From an uncultured virus (IMG/VR IMGVR_UViG_3300020458_000003) (Duplodnaviria > Heunggongvirae > Uroviricota > Caudoviricetes): 64,000 nt of DNA. Location of the stretch: IMG/VR virus record IMGVR_UViG_3300020458_000003; one strand, 5' to 3'. The position numbers and the translations under genes were made by a program. Below the pieces are notes generated by a model that saw only the letters and a list, made by a program, of their open reading frames with translations, was not told the origin of the DNA and searched no databases. Positions 9,739 through 18,243 of the stretch are shown piece after piece (positions within the stretch are counted from its first letter, which is position 1; each line of letters opens with the position of its first letter).

Positions 9739-10186
9739 CCTCGTCGGGAGAAGTCTGTTGACTGTAGGTCTGTCGATCCAGGTGATGTACATCATTGCCC
9801 TGCTCGACATACACATCCTAGATAATTCAATTGCTTCCCAAGAACATCCGGAGCCGACCCCTAAGCTAGTCCTTCCAGCGACAGTTACCGAGGTCTACGA
9901 CGGGGATACCGTTACGTGTGAAATCACGATGCGGCTCCGGGTCCGGCTGTTGGATTGCTGGGCGCCCGAGCTGAGCGACAGCGGTGGCGCTGAGTCCCGC
10001 GATCATCTCAAGGAACTGGCCGAAGGAAAGCCTGGGAAGGTCGTAGTGAGCCTCGCGGGTGTCGACCGGCTCGACGACGTGCTGACCTTTGGGAGGCTTC
10101 TGGCTCACGTCTGGGTAGACGGGAGAGACGTCTCTGATGCCCAGGTCCAGACTGGCCACGCGACAAGGGAAAGGCCCCCAAGGTAA
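9731..10186 (+). CDS. Membrane-anchored thermonuclease (SNase-like)
   Basis: N-terminal TM; VTEVYDGDTV, VRLLDCWAPE and FGRLLAHVW motifs. Confidence 0.9.
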   Translation: MSNLVGRSLLTVGLSIQVMYIIALLDIHILDNSIASQEHPEPTPKLVLPATVTEVYDGDTVTCEITMRLRVRLLDCWAPELSDSGGAESRDHLKELAEGKPGKVVVSLAGVDRLDDVLTFGRLLAHVWVDGRDVSDAQVQTGHATRERPPR

Positions 10187-10278
10187 GGCCCCCAAGGCAC
10201 GGGCAAAAATAGGGCAAAAATGATCCAGATTTGCCGCTGTTTATAGTTGATCACCCAGCACCGCCAGGAGGTGTCTAC

Positions 10279-10506
10279 ATGACCAACGACGACATCCTAA
10301 CCACGGGCAAGGTCGCCCGGTCAATTGGAATGTCGGTGCGAACTGTTTGCCGACTGATTGACACGGGTTTCCTCAAGGGGTGGCGGATCCCCGGAAGTGA
10401 ACATCGACGAGTGTCCAGGGACGACCTTGAGGAGTTCATGCGGCTGCATGGCATACGTGGCACGGACGAAAATCCTCTGCCTAGGCGCACGCCTAAGCAC
10501 ACCTAG
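10279..10506 (+). CDS. HTH_17 (excisionase/MerR-like) DNA-binding protein
   Basis: LTTGKVA...RTV..LIDTGFLKGWRIPGSEHRRVSRDDLEEFMRLHGI; AGGAGG RBS. Confidence 0.85.
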   Translation: MTNDDILTTGKVARSIGMSVRTVCRLIDTGFLKGWRIPGSEHRRVSRDDLEEFMRLHGIRGTDENPLPRRTPKHT

Positions 10507-10551
10507 ACAGGGGAACGGGCTACAAGCCCTCAGTCAACAGGAGATTGATCG

Positions 10552-10884
10552 TCACCCAATCGTGTCCTTGTTCCTTCGCTTCCGGTCGTTTTCGTTCACT
10601 TGATTTTCAACTCTCTTGAGGATTGCGGAGGCGACTTGGCTGAGAGATCGCACATCCGCAACTTCACCAGTAACTGCCGACAATTGTTTACGATACTGAC
10701 GTAGGTCGTCTTCAATTGTTCTGATTCGTCTTTCAATTTCTGCATATCGCACGTTGCCGTTGCCGTCATTAGAATTAGCTCCGCCGTTGGATTTGTGTAT
10801 CTTTGGGAAGACGAACTTGTCCACTAGACCGTAGATAACGAGCAGCGCGATGCTGAGCGCCGAATATTCCGCAATGTTTTCCAT
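10552..10884 (-). CDS. TM plus coiled-coil protein (holin-like, tentative)
   Basis: One N-terminal TM (LSIALLVIYGLV), a heptad-like segment and a basic C-terminus. Confidence 0.5.
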   Translation of the reverse strand: MENIAEYSALSIALLVIYGLVDKFVFPKIHKSNGGANSNDGNGNVRYAEIERRIRTIEDDLRQYRKQLSAVTGEVADVRSLSQVASAILKRVENQVNENDRKRRNKDTIG

Positions 10885-11017
10885 ATTGTGACCTGGCTTT
10901 TGAAGGGAGCGGTCGCATCCAGTCCCCCCCTCCAGGGGTGCCCTGATTTTGACAGAATCCTCGTGTGGCAGCCAGATCGAAGTCAGCACCGCTCTGGGAT
11001 CCCATTTTCAGGCATCC

Positions 11018-11052
11018 TCGCCTGTCGCCTCGCCTGTCGCCTCGCCTGTCGC
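11018..11052. repeat. 12-bp tandem repeat (CTCGCCTGTCGC), about 3 copies
   Basis: Read directly. Confidence 0.9.
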
Positions 11053-11227
11053 GTGACTCAAGGCTACCTCACGAGACGACTGCCAGCCGTCCGCGAAAGA
11101 TTCATACTTCCAGTGAGTCGAAGGGAAAGGGTTATCCTCCAGCTTCCTCCCTTGCTTTGCCCACTCCCACCCCAGGCCAAACGCCGAAAGCTCGCCACGT
11201 GATCGTACCATGCCAATCCTCGTATGA

Positions 11228-11461
11228 TTTCCCGTTGGCTTCCCGAAGCTTCCCGGAGCTTCCCGGGGCTTCCCGGGGCTTCCCGTTGGCTTCCCGGGGC
11301 TTCCCGGGGCTTCCCGTGGCTTCCCGTGGCTTCCCGTTGGCTTCCCGTTGGCTTCCCGTTGGCTTCCCGGGGCTTCCCGGGGCTTCCCGGGGCTTCCCGT
11401 GGCTTCCCGTTGGCTTCCCGGGGCTTCCCGTTGGCTTCCCGGGGCTTCCCGGGGCTTCCCG
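11228..11461. repeat. Tandem array of GCTTCCCG cores (22 copies, 10-11 bp period)
   Basis: Cores separated by GG, TG, TTG, AA or GA. Confidence 0.97.
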
Positions 11462-11478
11462 GTGAATTATGGCAGATC

Positions 11479-11524
11479 AGCAGCTAGGCAAGAAAGTTCT
11501 TAAGTTCGCCGCGCGAACTTTCTG
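11479..11524. repeat. 46-bp direct repeat, copy 1 (copy 2 at 12694-12739, partial copy at 12979-13001)
   Basis: AGCAGCTAGGCAAGAAAGTTCTT(A/G)AGTTCGCCGCGC(G/T)AACTTTCTG, 2 mismatches between the full copies. Confidence 0.95.
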
Positions 11525-11807
11525 GGCACGGTCAATCGGTGGGGTAACCTTAGTAATGACCGAAACTATGGGTTGAAACGGAACTGACACGCATGACTGA
11601 TTTCTGTTTAAAACTTAGCAAGAATGTAGTTAGGAAAACCATGGAAGGATGGACGCTATGGATTTGTAGCGGTGTAGCTCTGTTGCTCACCGTCGTGCTT
11701 TGTGAATTAAGATACAGGCGGAGGAATCAATGACTCAGATGGTCAGTGGTCGGTTGCCAGGAGTGTATGTTGAGTATGACCAGCACTTTCGAGTTCTTCC
11801 TCGTCCA

Positions 11808-12219
11808 TTAAAACAACACTCGTGGTCCAACCTCGTGTACGGCCGGAATCGCCATCCACCCGCTCGGCAGCAAGGCGATCTCTTCTGCGGTTAACGGCTT
11901 CTGGTAGTGAACTGCGTGCGCCGGTGGATCAGTTCGGAAGCGAAAGCCATCGGCTCCAACTCCCGCCAACATCAGCATCGCGATCCGTGTCGCCTTTCCG
12001 ATATGCTTTGGCGTCAGTTCGCTGAACCGAAGCGTCCTGGTTTTCCCGAGCCGGGCCACTGAGGAATGCCACACGGGCGCTCCATCGCAAAACGACAGTC
12101 ACTTGTTGATCGTGAGAATCGTTGACCAATTACGTTCCCGCCTCCAGTGTCGCTTGGGAGGCCCGGTGTCAGCCCGAGCAGATGGGTTGTTGATCGCGAA
12201 TTTCTGTCTGTTGTCCATG
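11808..12219 (-). pseudogene. Hypothetical gene with one in-frame TGA (12099-12101)
   Basis: MDNRQKFAINNP...WSTILTINK*LSFCDGAPVWHSSVA... reads in a single frame across the stop. Confidence 0.45.
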
Positions 12220-12254
12220 GACTCACTTCTTGGGAGATTTCTGAGAAACGGGGC

Positions 12255-12382
12255 TTGCGCAACGAGACTTGCGCAACGAGACTTGCGCAACGGCTTGCGC
12301 AACGGGGCTTGCGCAACGGGGCTTGCGCAACGAGACTTGCGCAACGGCTTGCGCAACGGGGCTTGCGCAACGGGGCTTGCAA
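12255..12382. repeat. Tandem array of palindromic TTGCGCAA cores (9 copies, 12/14 bp period)
   Basis: Spacers CGAGAC, CGGC and CGGGGC. Confidence 0.97.
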
Positions 12383-12494
12383 TGCCCAAAGCTTGCGCCG
12401 CTTCCCTCGGTCGGAGTGCCAAGTTGGCAGGCGGGGTGGCGCCAACAGGTGGCGCCGAGGTGGCGCCACTAGTCTTCTTGTCATTCTTATTCTT

Positions 12495-12614
12495 GTTACC
12501 GTTTCCGTTACCGTTTCCGTTACCGTTTCCGTTACCGTTTCCGTTACCGTTTCCGTTACCGTTTCCGTTACCGGATCGGTAACGCTCATTGCCTTCCGTT
12601 ACCGAATTGGTAAC
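12495..12614. repeat. (GTTACCGTTTCC) x6.6 followed by two GTTACC-N5-GGTAAC inverted repeats
   Basis: Read directly. Confidence 0.95.
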
Positions 12615-12693
12615 GCTGCCAATAGCGATTGCCCGCCTTTAAACTGGGGATGCGGCCAGCGGCATTCTCGCGCAACCCAGCTGGTCCTTTCAG

Positions 12694-12739
12694 AGCAGCT
12701 AGGCAAGAAAGTTCTTGAGTTCGCCGCGCTAACTTTCTG
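12694..12739. repeat. 46-bp direct repeat, copy 2
   Basis: Matches 11479-11524. Confidence 0.95.
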
Positions 12740-12761
12740 ATTTCTGAGAAACTAAGATTTC

Positions 12762-12959
12762 TCACAAGCCCTGTGGTAAACGGGGCTTTCTGGATGAAAC
12801 AGCCTGGTCAATATCCCCAAAGATGAGAATCCTGGCGAAGTACTCCGCATTCGCCCGAGATAGGCCACCGTCGTACTCCATGATGGCGGCGCGTTCCTCA
12901 AACCGCTCTTCGGCTGCCTCACGCGCCAATGTCAACAGCTCGCCCTTATCTGCCTTCAT
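12762..12959 (-). CDS. Small phage protein with EERAAIMEYDGGLSR motif
   Basis: Motif recurrent in phage replication/primase-associated proteins. Confidence 0.7.
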   Translation of the reverse strand: MKADKGELLTLAREAAEERFEERAAIMEYDGGLSRANAEYFARILIFGDIDQAVSSRKPRLPQGL

Positions 12960-13270
12960 CGATAGTCTTCTCGATCTGGAAAGTTCTTAAGTTCGCCGCG
13001 CTGTCGTCTCGCCGCAGGTTGCAGATCCGCAGCCCTGTCCGCCTCAGCCGCCCTCGCAAGGAAACAGCCCGCCCAGTGCCTAGCTGAGCGGTCCGTTTCG
13101 CTCCCTAGCAGCCCGCCTGTGCAATTGAGACCAAGCAGGCGGGCTGCGAATTCTCTACCGATCATTGTACCTATAGATGCCAATCTTACGGAAATCAAAC
13201 GCAGTATGCGAGTCCTGCGCACCTGCCATTCGGACAAACTCTCCGGACCATCGGACCCCAACTATCGCGG

Positions 13271-13837
13271 CTACGATTCTGCAGACTCCAGCCGTTCGGC
13301 TCCTACGTAGACCAGCTGAATTTCAAGATCGGAAGGCTCACGGTTGCCGCTGTAAATGTGCCGAGTGCTCGCATCGGTGCGGGGCAAATGCTCGTATCGG
13401 ATCAAGCACCAGTCAGCCGGGATCTGCTGCGGGCGGACTAACCCGTCCAGCGGACCGCCTTGAAAGTGGAGGATGACTTCCATCTCGGTACGTTCTTGGT
13501 TTGAACCACCTTGCTGCGAGGTGTGGTCCTGATTTAGACCACCCCTGAGAACCCAATAGCGAGTTGACGTGCCAGCCTTGGGGCCCCGCCGGATCTCGCC
13601 AGCTTGCTCCAAATGTTTAAGTGCATGCACGATCGTCGTTCTGCCAAGACGTAAGTCACAGGCGATTCTAGATATCGATGGCCAGCACTTGCCGCTGTGG
13701 TCCGCGCGCATGCAAAGATAGGCATAGACAAGAAACGCAGCGGGCCCCAACGGCGCAATCCGCATCGGCGAGTCGGCGTCCATGTCCATCCACAGACGCG
13801 GTAAGGGTTTTGAATTACGTCCGTCCTCCGATGTCAT
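13271..13837 (-). CDS. HTH_36-type (replication-initiator-like) winged-helix protein
   Basis: LVYAYLCMRAD..GKCWPSISRIA..LRLGRTTIVHALKHLEQAGEI; AAAGGA RBS. Confidence 0.8.
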   Translation of the reverse strand: MTSEDGRNSKPLPRLWMDMDADSPMRIAPLGPAAFLVYAYLCMRADHSGKCWPSISRIACDLRLGRTTIVHALKHLEQAGEIRRGPKAGTSTRYWVLRGGLNQDHTSQQGGSNQERTEMEVILHFQGGPLDGLVRPQQIPADWCLIRYEHLPRTDASTRHIYSGNREPSDLEIQLVYVGAERLESAES

Positions 13838-13879
13838 GGTCGTATCCTTTCTGAACGCTCGGTAAATTGAGATTGCCCT

Positions 13880-14293
13880 TCAGAAAAACTTCAAAAGAGG
13901 TTGGTTAGTAGTGGTCCGAACTGGGACCGATGCTGGTTCATTCTGAGACCGATGCTGGTCCATTTCAGGACCGATGCGAGGGTCGCATCGCATGCAGTGC
14001 TGTGCTCCGGCCGGGTCCCACCAGTACTGCAGTCCTGTGCAGTCCGGACAGGGAGTGACATACGTAAGCACTTCGCCGTCCTCGTCCAGCACCGGGACCG
14101 GGCAAAAACACGGCAAGCCATCCACCACTTTCTCACTGGATGGTCGGCATCCGAAACAGCGATGACACTCCGGACATTCGAGATTCAAGAAACCGTCGAA
14201 CGTTGGCGTTTCGACCAGTGCCACACCACAGCCTGAGCACTTGCCGAGGTCGGGCGCTGTTCCACCTTCGCACGTCTTGCTAATAATTGACAT
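13880..14293 (-). CDS. Multi-CxxC Zn-ribbon protein
   Basis: CSGC, CPEC, CPDC and CMRC pairs. Confidence 0.6.
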   Translation of the reverse strand: MSIISKTCEGGTAPDLGKCSGCGVALVETPTFDGFLNLECPECHRCFGCRPSSEKVVDGLPCFCPVPVLDEDGEVLTYVTPCPDCTGLQYWWDPAGAQHCMRCDPRIGPEMDQHRSQNEPASVPVRTTTNQPLLKFF

Positions 14294-14337
14294 AACCTGT
14301 GTACTCCAATGGATTTACAGACAGAGATCCCGGAAAC

Positions 14338-15255
14338 TCACCCATCTTTATTGAATTCATCGAACACGGGGATCCTGTATCCCTCGGTTGACGAATCGTA
14401 AAACGAACTCTCTCTCTCGAATATCGTCTGCTTCGAGCGGTCGAAATGCACGGTGATAGGAGCGTTGATAGTTGAAGTGTGTCTCGACTTTGGAACGACA
14501 ATATTAAGGTCATCCTCCGACGCTTTTGGCTCGTACGCCGCTGGTCTCCAGCAGAGCATTATTTGATCCGCATCCTGTTCAATCTGCCCAGAGTCACGAA
14601 GATCAGACATTCTAGGAACTCCACTGCGATCTCTGTTTTCCACCGACCTACTAAGCTGGGCAAGAACGAGGAGTGTCATTTTCGAGTGCCGGGCGAACTG
14701 TTTGAGTTCTTCCGAAACATGGCTGACTTGGCTGTATCGGTCTTGCCCATTCCCCTGTACCAACTGCAGGTAATCTATAATACCCAGTTCACACCCACGC
14801 CCCTGAGCCACGGAGAGCGTCTGTATGACACGATCTACCTTTCTGTCGCCCAAGTCCCCAATCAAAACCCGTTCGCCCATCTGGAGCAGCCCCAGGGCCC
14901 CCTGAACGACAATGGGGATATTATCACTCCACTGATCTGTTGGAAGATTCACATATCGCTGAAGCGACCTTCTTGCTAACTGCTCTGGCGTCATCTCCAG
15001 CGAGACGAAGCAAACGCCTCGATCTGCGTTGTGGAGTGCCATCTGGAGCGCAATTGCGGTTTTCCCCATTCCGGGTCTTCCGGCGAGGATACACAGGTCA
15101 CCTTGCGCCAGCCCTCCGATGACGTTGTCGATTTGCTTTAGCCCCGTTGGTATCAGGGTTTTTTCGTTTTCGAGGCTATCCAGATAGGAGGTTATCGCTT
15201 GCGCCAGGGTCTGGATTGTAGGCCGTTGATTGGAGTGTTTGGAGAGCTCGGACAT
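14338..15255 (-). CDS. dnaB: DnaB-like replicative helicase, C-terminal ATPase domain
   Basis: IPTGL, Walker A AGRPGMGKT, FVSLEM, IIDYLQL, LAQLSR and SDLRDSGQIEQDAD. Confidence 0.95.
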   Translation of the reverse strand: MSELSKHSNQRPTIQTLAQAITSYLDSLENEKTLIPTGLKQIDNVIGGLAQGDLCILAGRPGMGKTAIALQMALHNADRGVCFVSLEMTPEQLARRSLQRYVNLPTDQWSDNIPIVVQGALGLLQMGERVLIGDLGDRKVDRVIQTLSVAQGRGCELGIIDYLQLVQGNGQDRYSQVSHVSEELKQFARHSKMTLLVLAQLSRSVENRDRSGVPRMSDLRDSGQIEQDADQIMLCWRPAAYEPKASEDDLNIVVPKSRHTSTINAPITVHFDRSKQTIFERESSFYDSSTEGYRIPVFDEFNKDG

Positions 15256-15628
15256 AGCGTTCTCGCTGCCTGTGTGTCGTGATTAGTTTATCGATGTAAT
15301 ACCCTACCATTGCTGACTTTACGCGAGATTCTGCTCGGATGTTCAGCAATAGAATCGAGATGCTGTAGGACGTACTTTCTTCAATGGGTTTGTTCGGCAC
15401 GGAGCGGATTCTCTGGTAGAGCTCGGCACCATCGAGGTGCGGGCCGAAGAGTCTCATCCCACGGTACAGGTGCCTGTGAACTGGATCGTGGAAGGCATCG
15501 ACTGGGACCTTGTCGATGATTTCTGCTCGCTGCCCTGGTCTCCGGAGGAAGAGAGTCCCGAGGACCTGGGCTTCAGCCTCGATATCTCGTGGAGGTCCTC
15601 GATCAAAGATCTCTCTGGTGTTTGTCAT
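15176..15628 (-). CDS. DnaB-like helicase N-terminal domain (separate ORF)
   Basis: PPRDIEAEAQVLGTLF...DAFHDPVHRHLY. Confidence 0.85.
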   Translation of the reverse strand: MTNTREIFDRGPPRDIEAEAQVLGTLFLRRPGQRAEIIDKVPVDAFHDPVHRHLYRGMRLFGPHLDGAELYQRIRSVPNKPIEESTSYSISILLLNIRAESRVKSAMVGYYIDKLITTHRQRERYVRALQTLQSTAYNPDPGASDNLLSG

Positions 15629-16599
15629 CGGTACATCGATTCAGTTCCGGGTTCTCGATCGAGGGGACGTCCGGTTGGTCTTTTCCACGGGATGTACGTG
15701 TCGTCGTATCGTCTTTGGTTCAGCCAGGTGGTCAGTAGTGGGACAGGCATCCGGTGCTGCGGATCATCGGCATTCGGCGCCATGGTCGCGACACGAGCTG
15801 GGGGCCACTCGGTACGGACGAATTCCCGATATCGGTGGATGATCCATTTGCGAGCCGTTTCGATTCTGGTTTTCGTTTTGGTGTTCTCCGACGTAAAAAT
15901 ATCCCGTATCTCGGCGGCGCACAGTTTCGCTTCCTGCTCAAAACTTTTGAATGCCTTTCCCTTACCTTTTTTGTACGGGACCAGTTTCCACAGTTCATCG
16001 AACTCGGTGGAGTACGACGAATGCCCGTTTTCGATAATAAGCGACTCATCTCCAGAGAGGGTGGAGCTGACGCCAGGAAGCTGCACTTTCTCCTGTTCTT
16101 GTTCCTGTTCCTGCTCCTGTTCCTGTTCCTGTTCTTGGTGGCAAACCTTCGGCAAACGTTTGCCGAACCTTTGGGTAAAGGTTTGCCGAACGTTTCCTTC
16201 GAGGTACTTTACGTTAGCGCAAAACTCGTCCCAGAAAGGAGTTAACGGCAAGTCATGGCAATCCTTGAGACACCCGATCATTTGGTTTGGATTTTCCGGT
16301 CCGTTGTACTTCCACCATGTTGGTAAAAACAGCGTTCTGGACGGTTGATCCCACCCCCAATTAAACGTTCGGCAAACCTTTGCCAAACGTTCCAGGAACG
16401 TTACCGCTCCCTTTCCTAAGGGGGTTCCAAGATCGTCCATTGCCTTGCCTGGCGAGAAGACAAAGAGACCGATTCGGTTCACTTGTTCGCATGTCAGACA
16501 ATAGATAGCCAGTCTCTGGCATTCAGCATCTAGAACACGGAATTTCTCATCGTTCCAGATCCTGGGATCAATCCGTCGATATTTCGCGGACACCCACAC
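15625..16599 (-). CDS. Phage replication initiator / replisome organiser
   Basis: KYRRIDPRIWNDEKF N-terminus, (QE)n linker, FDELWK.VPYKKGKGKAFK and TWLNQRRYDD C-domain; lies upstream of the helicase. Confidence 0.8.
   Translation of the reverse strand: MWVSAKYRRIDPRIWNDEKFRVLDAECQRLAIYCLTCEQVNRIGLFVFSPGKAMDDLGTPLGKGAVTFLERLAKVCRTFNWGWDQPSRTLFLPTWWKYNGPENPNQMIGCLKDCHDLPLTPFWDEFCANVKYLEGNVRQTFTQRFGKRLPKVCHQEQEQEQEQEQEQEQEKVQLPGVSSTLSGDESLIIENGHSSYSTEFDELWKLVPYKKGKGKAFKSFEQEAKLCAAEIRDIFTSENTKTKTRIETARKWIIHRYREFVRTEWPPARVATMAPNADDPQHRMPVPLLTTWLNQRRYDDTYIPWKRPTGRPLDREPGTESMYR
16140..16196. repeat. Iteron-like GGCAAAC(C/G)TT repeats and inverted repeats inside the initiator gene (also 16363-16401); candidate origin
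   Basis: GGCAAACCTTCGGCAAACGTTTGCCGAACCTTTGGGTAAAGGTTTGCCGAACGTTT; intragenic position as in lambda O. Confidence 0.6.
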
Positions 16600-16619
16600 C
16601 CCCCATCCATGTAGATTTC

Positions 16620-16731
16620 AAAAACAGCCCCGCCCGGGCTCTAGATTGACCTCGGCAAAGGACGCGCAGGAGGGGGCGGGGCCGTCAAAGTGTGTTGATT
16701 TGCGAAACGTCCTTGAAAATTGCCGAGAGGT
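16620..16731 (-). promoter_or_regulatory. Leader terminator with a competing upstream pairing, ahead of the initiator
   Basis: GGCCCCGCCC/GGGCGGGGCT stem plus U-tract; loop segment 16649-16664 is complementary to 16708-16731. Confidence 0.55.
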
Positions 16732-17618
16732 GAGAGTCTACCCGGTATCTGGATGAGGATCAACCGTATCAGTTCGCGATACGGATCTCGATGCTCAGAG
16801 TCGAGATATCCATGCGGGGTTTTTGGTGCTGGGATGCCGTTTTCGTCAACCTGCTGCGGTGGGGGCGTCAGCTTCGCCCCCTGCGGTGGTCAAAGTAGTC
16901 ACTCTACCTAACCTGCCCAATCACCGCGTCTCCTGCTTCCACATCGCGTACAGCAAACTCCGGGCCTCCCTGACCGGTGCCTTGTGCGCCACGCGCGCGC
17001 TGCGAGATGAGTTTTGCGCGCGCTACGGTGCATCGTTGACTGGATCGAAGCCCACGGCAAAGCAGCCGAACCCGATGAGCGACACTGGCTGGAGGAAGTA
17101 CAAGAATTCCTACAAAGTTGAGCGACACGACCCTGAGTCTCGCCGCCTGTCCAGTAAAACCGAACGTGCGGTTTACCATTCGGTTTCCGACTGTCCAGGA
17201 AGATTGCGGACATCGAACTCTGCAAAATGCGAGACTATCTACTCGACAAGTGGCAAACTGGTTGACACAAAAGGTCACCAGAATAGAAGGATCCAGGCCA
17301 TGGATCCTCCGAGCCGAAGGATATTGGCCGAAACTGCATACCACGATCCTGATATGGCCGAACAAGTGATGGCGTGGCGTCGACCACGTCACTCCGACGA
17401 CGCCTAAAGAGCTGTCTGGGGCGTTTGCAAACGTTTGCAAACGTTCCTGTCCTATATACGCCGATCCTGAAAAACACGAGAAGATTCTGGGGCGTAGAGC
17501 GTAGCGTTCGCGAACGTTCGCGGTGGGTCGACCCCGTATTTCCTGCAGTTTGGCGCGAAAACCGCGAACAACGCCTTCCTTTAAAGGCCGACCAAAGGCC
17601 CAGAAAGGAAGGCGACAG

Positions 17619-17846
17619 ATGACGACCAAGAATCTTCCCCGGTTGCGGACGCCGGGTGTTATTGCCAAAGAAATTGGCGAGCCTCTAAGCCGCGTGCTCT
17701 ACATCCTGGGCACACGACGGCACATCCAACCGACAGCGGTGGCTGGTCGGCTGAGACTCTATGATCGGCGGACCGTGGCGATGGTCCGCCACGAGATCAA
17801 TGCGATAGACGCCCAACGGATGCGGAAGGGGGTGGACTGTGACTAG
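17619..17846 (+). CDS. Small HTH protein of the type seen in planctomycete integrative elements
   Basis: LRTPGVIAKEIGEPLSRVLYIL...AGRLRLYD; AAGGAAGG RBS. Confidence 0.7.
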   Translation: MTTKNLPRLRTPGVIAKEIGEPLSRVLYILGTRRHIQPTAVAGRLRLYDRRTVAMVRHEINAIDAQRMRKGVDCD

Positions 17847-18042
17847 CACCCCCCACCCCGAAAAAATTCTGTACACATCCGAGGAAGCTCGAATCGCGCT
17901 GGACATATCCGCAAGAACGTTGTGGGGGATGACGGCCTCTGGAGAGATCCCGCGCGTCCGGTTCGGTCGCGCCGTCCGATATCTGGTCGATGACCTGCGG
18001 CGGTGGATTGACTCTCAGAAGCAGGGGGGTGAGTCCCGATGA
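17839..18042 (+). CDS. HTH_17 excisionase-like protein
   Basis: LYTSEEARIALDISARTLW...GEIPRVRFGRAVRYLVDDLRRWI. Confidence 0.9.
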   Translation: MTSTPHPEKILYTSEEARIALDISARTLWGMTASGEIPRVRFGRAVRYLVDDLRRWIDSQKQGGESR

Positions 18043-18139
18043 CGCCCACGGAACGGATTCTGGCGGCCCTGGCGGATCATAATTGCGATCCCAAGCAAAA
18101 CAGCAACCGGCTTGGTCGGCCCGATGCCCGGCCCATGAC
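18039..18139 (+). pseudogene. Primase Zn-binding N-terminus remnant (frameshifted, truncated)
   Basis: MTPTERILAAL...KQNSN, then WSARCPAHD in another frame (18113-18139). Confidence 0.65.
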
Positions 18140-18243
18140 ACGGCACTGTCTGGGCCATCTGCAACATGAACATGATCCTCCACAACATCAGGTAACGAAT
18201 TACTTGACGCACTACCGTTTTCCTTGGAATGAAACATGCTGAC

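Noticed and set aside
11228..12614. CRISPR array
   Set aside because: Units are 8-14 bp with no unique spacers, and no cas genes are visible.
12567..12614. GGTAACG dyads as IS1595 ends
   Set aside because: Only 7 bp match the IS terminus, with no TGACGCACTAC core or TSD.
10965..12740. ORFs translated across the tandem arrays (10965-11465, 11224-11487, 12014-12589, 12103-12582, 12147-12740)
   Set aside because: They are open only because the repeats lack stops; mixed unit lengths shift frames.
15437..16348. 303-aa plus-strand ORF
   Set aside because: Antisense shadow of the replication initiator.
16823..17668. ORFs 16823-17407 (+) and 16904-17668 (-)
   Set aside because: No recognisable motifs; protein-like stretches switch frames, so the region may be decayed. 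Left uncalled.
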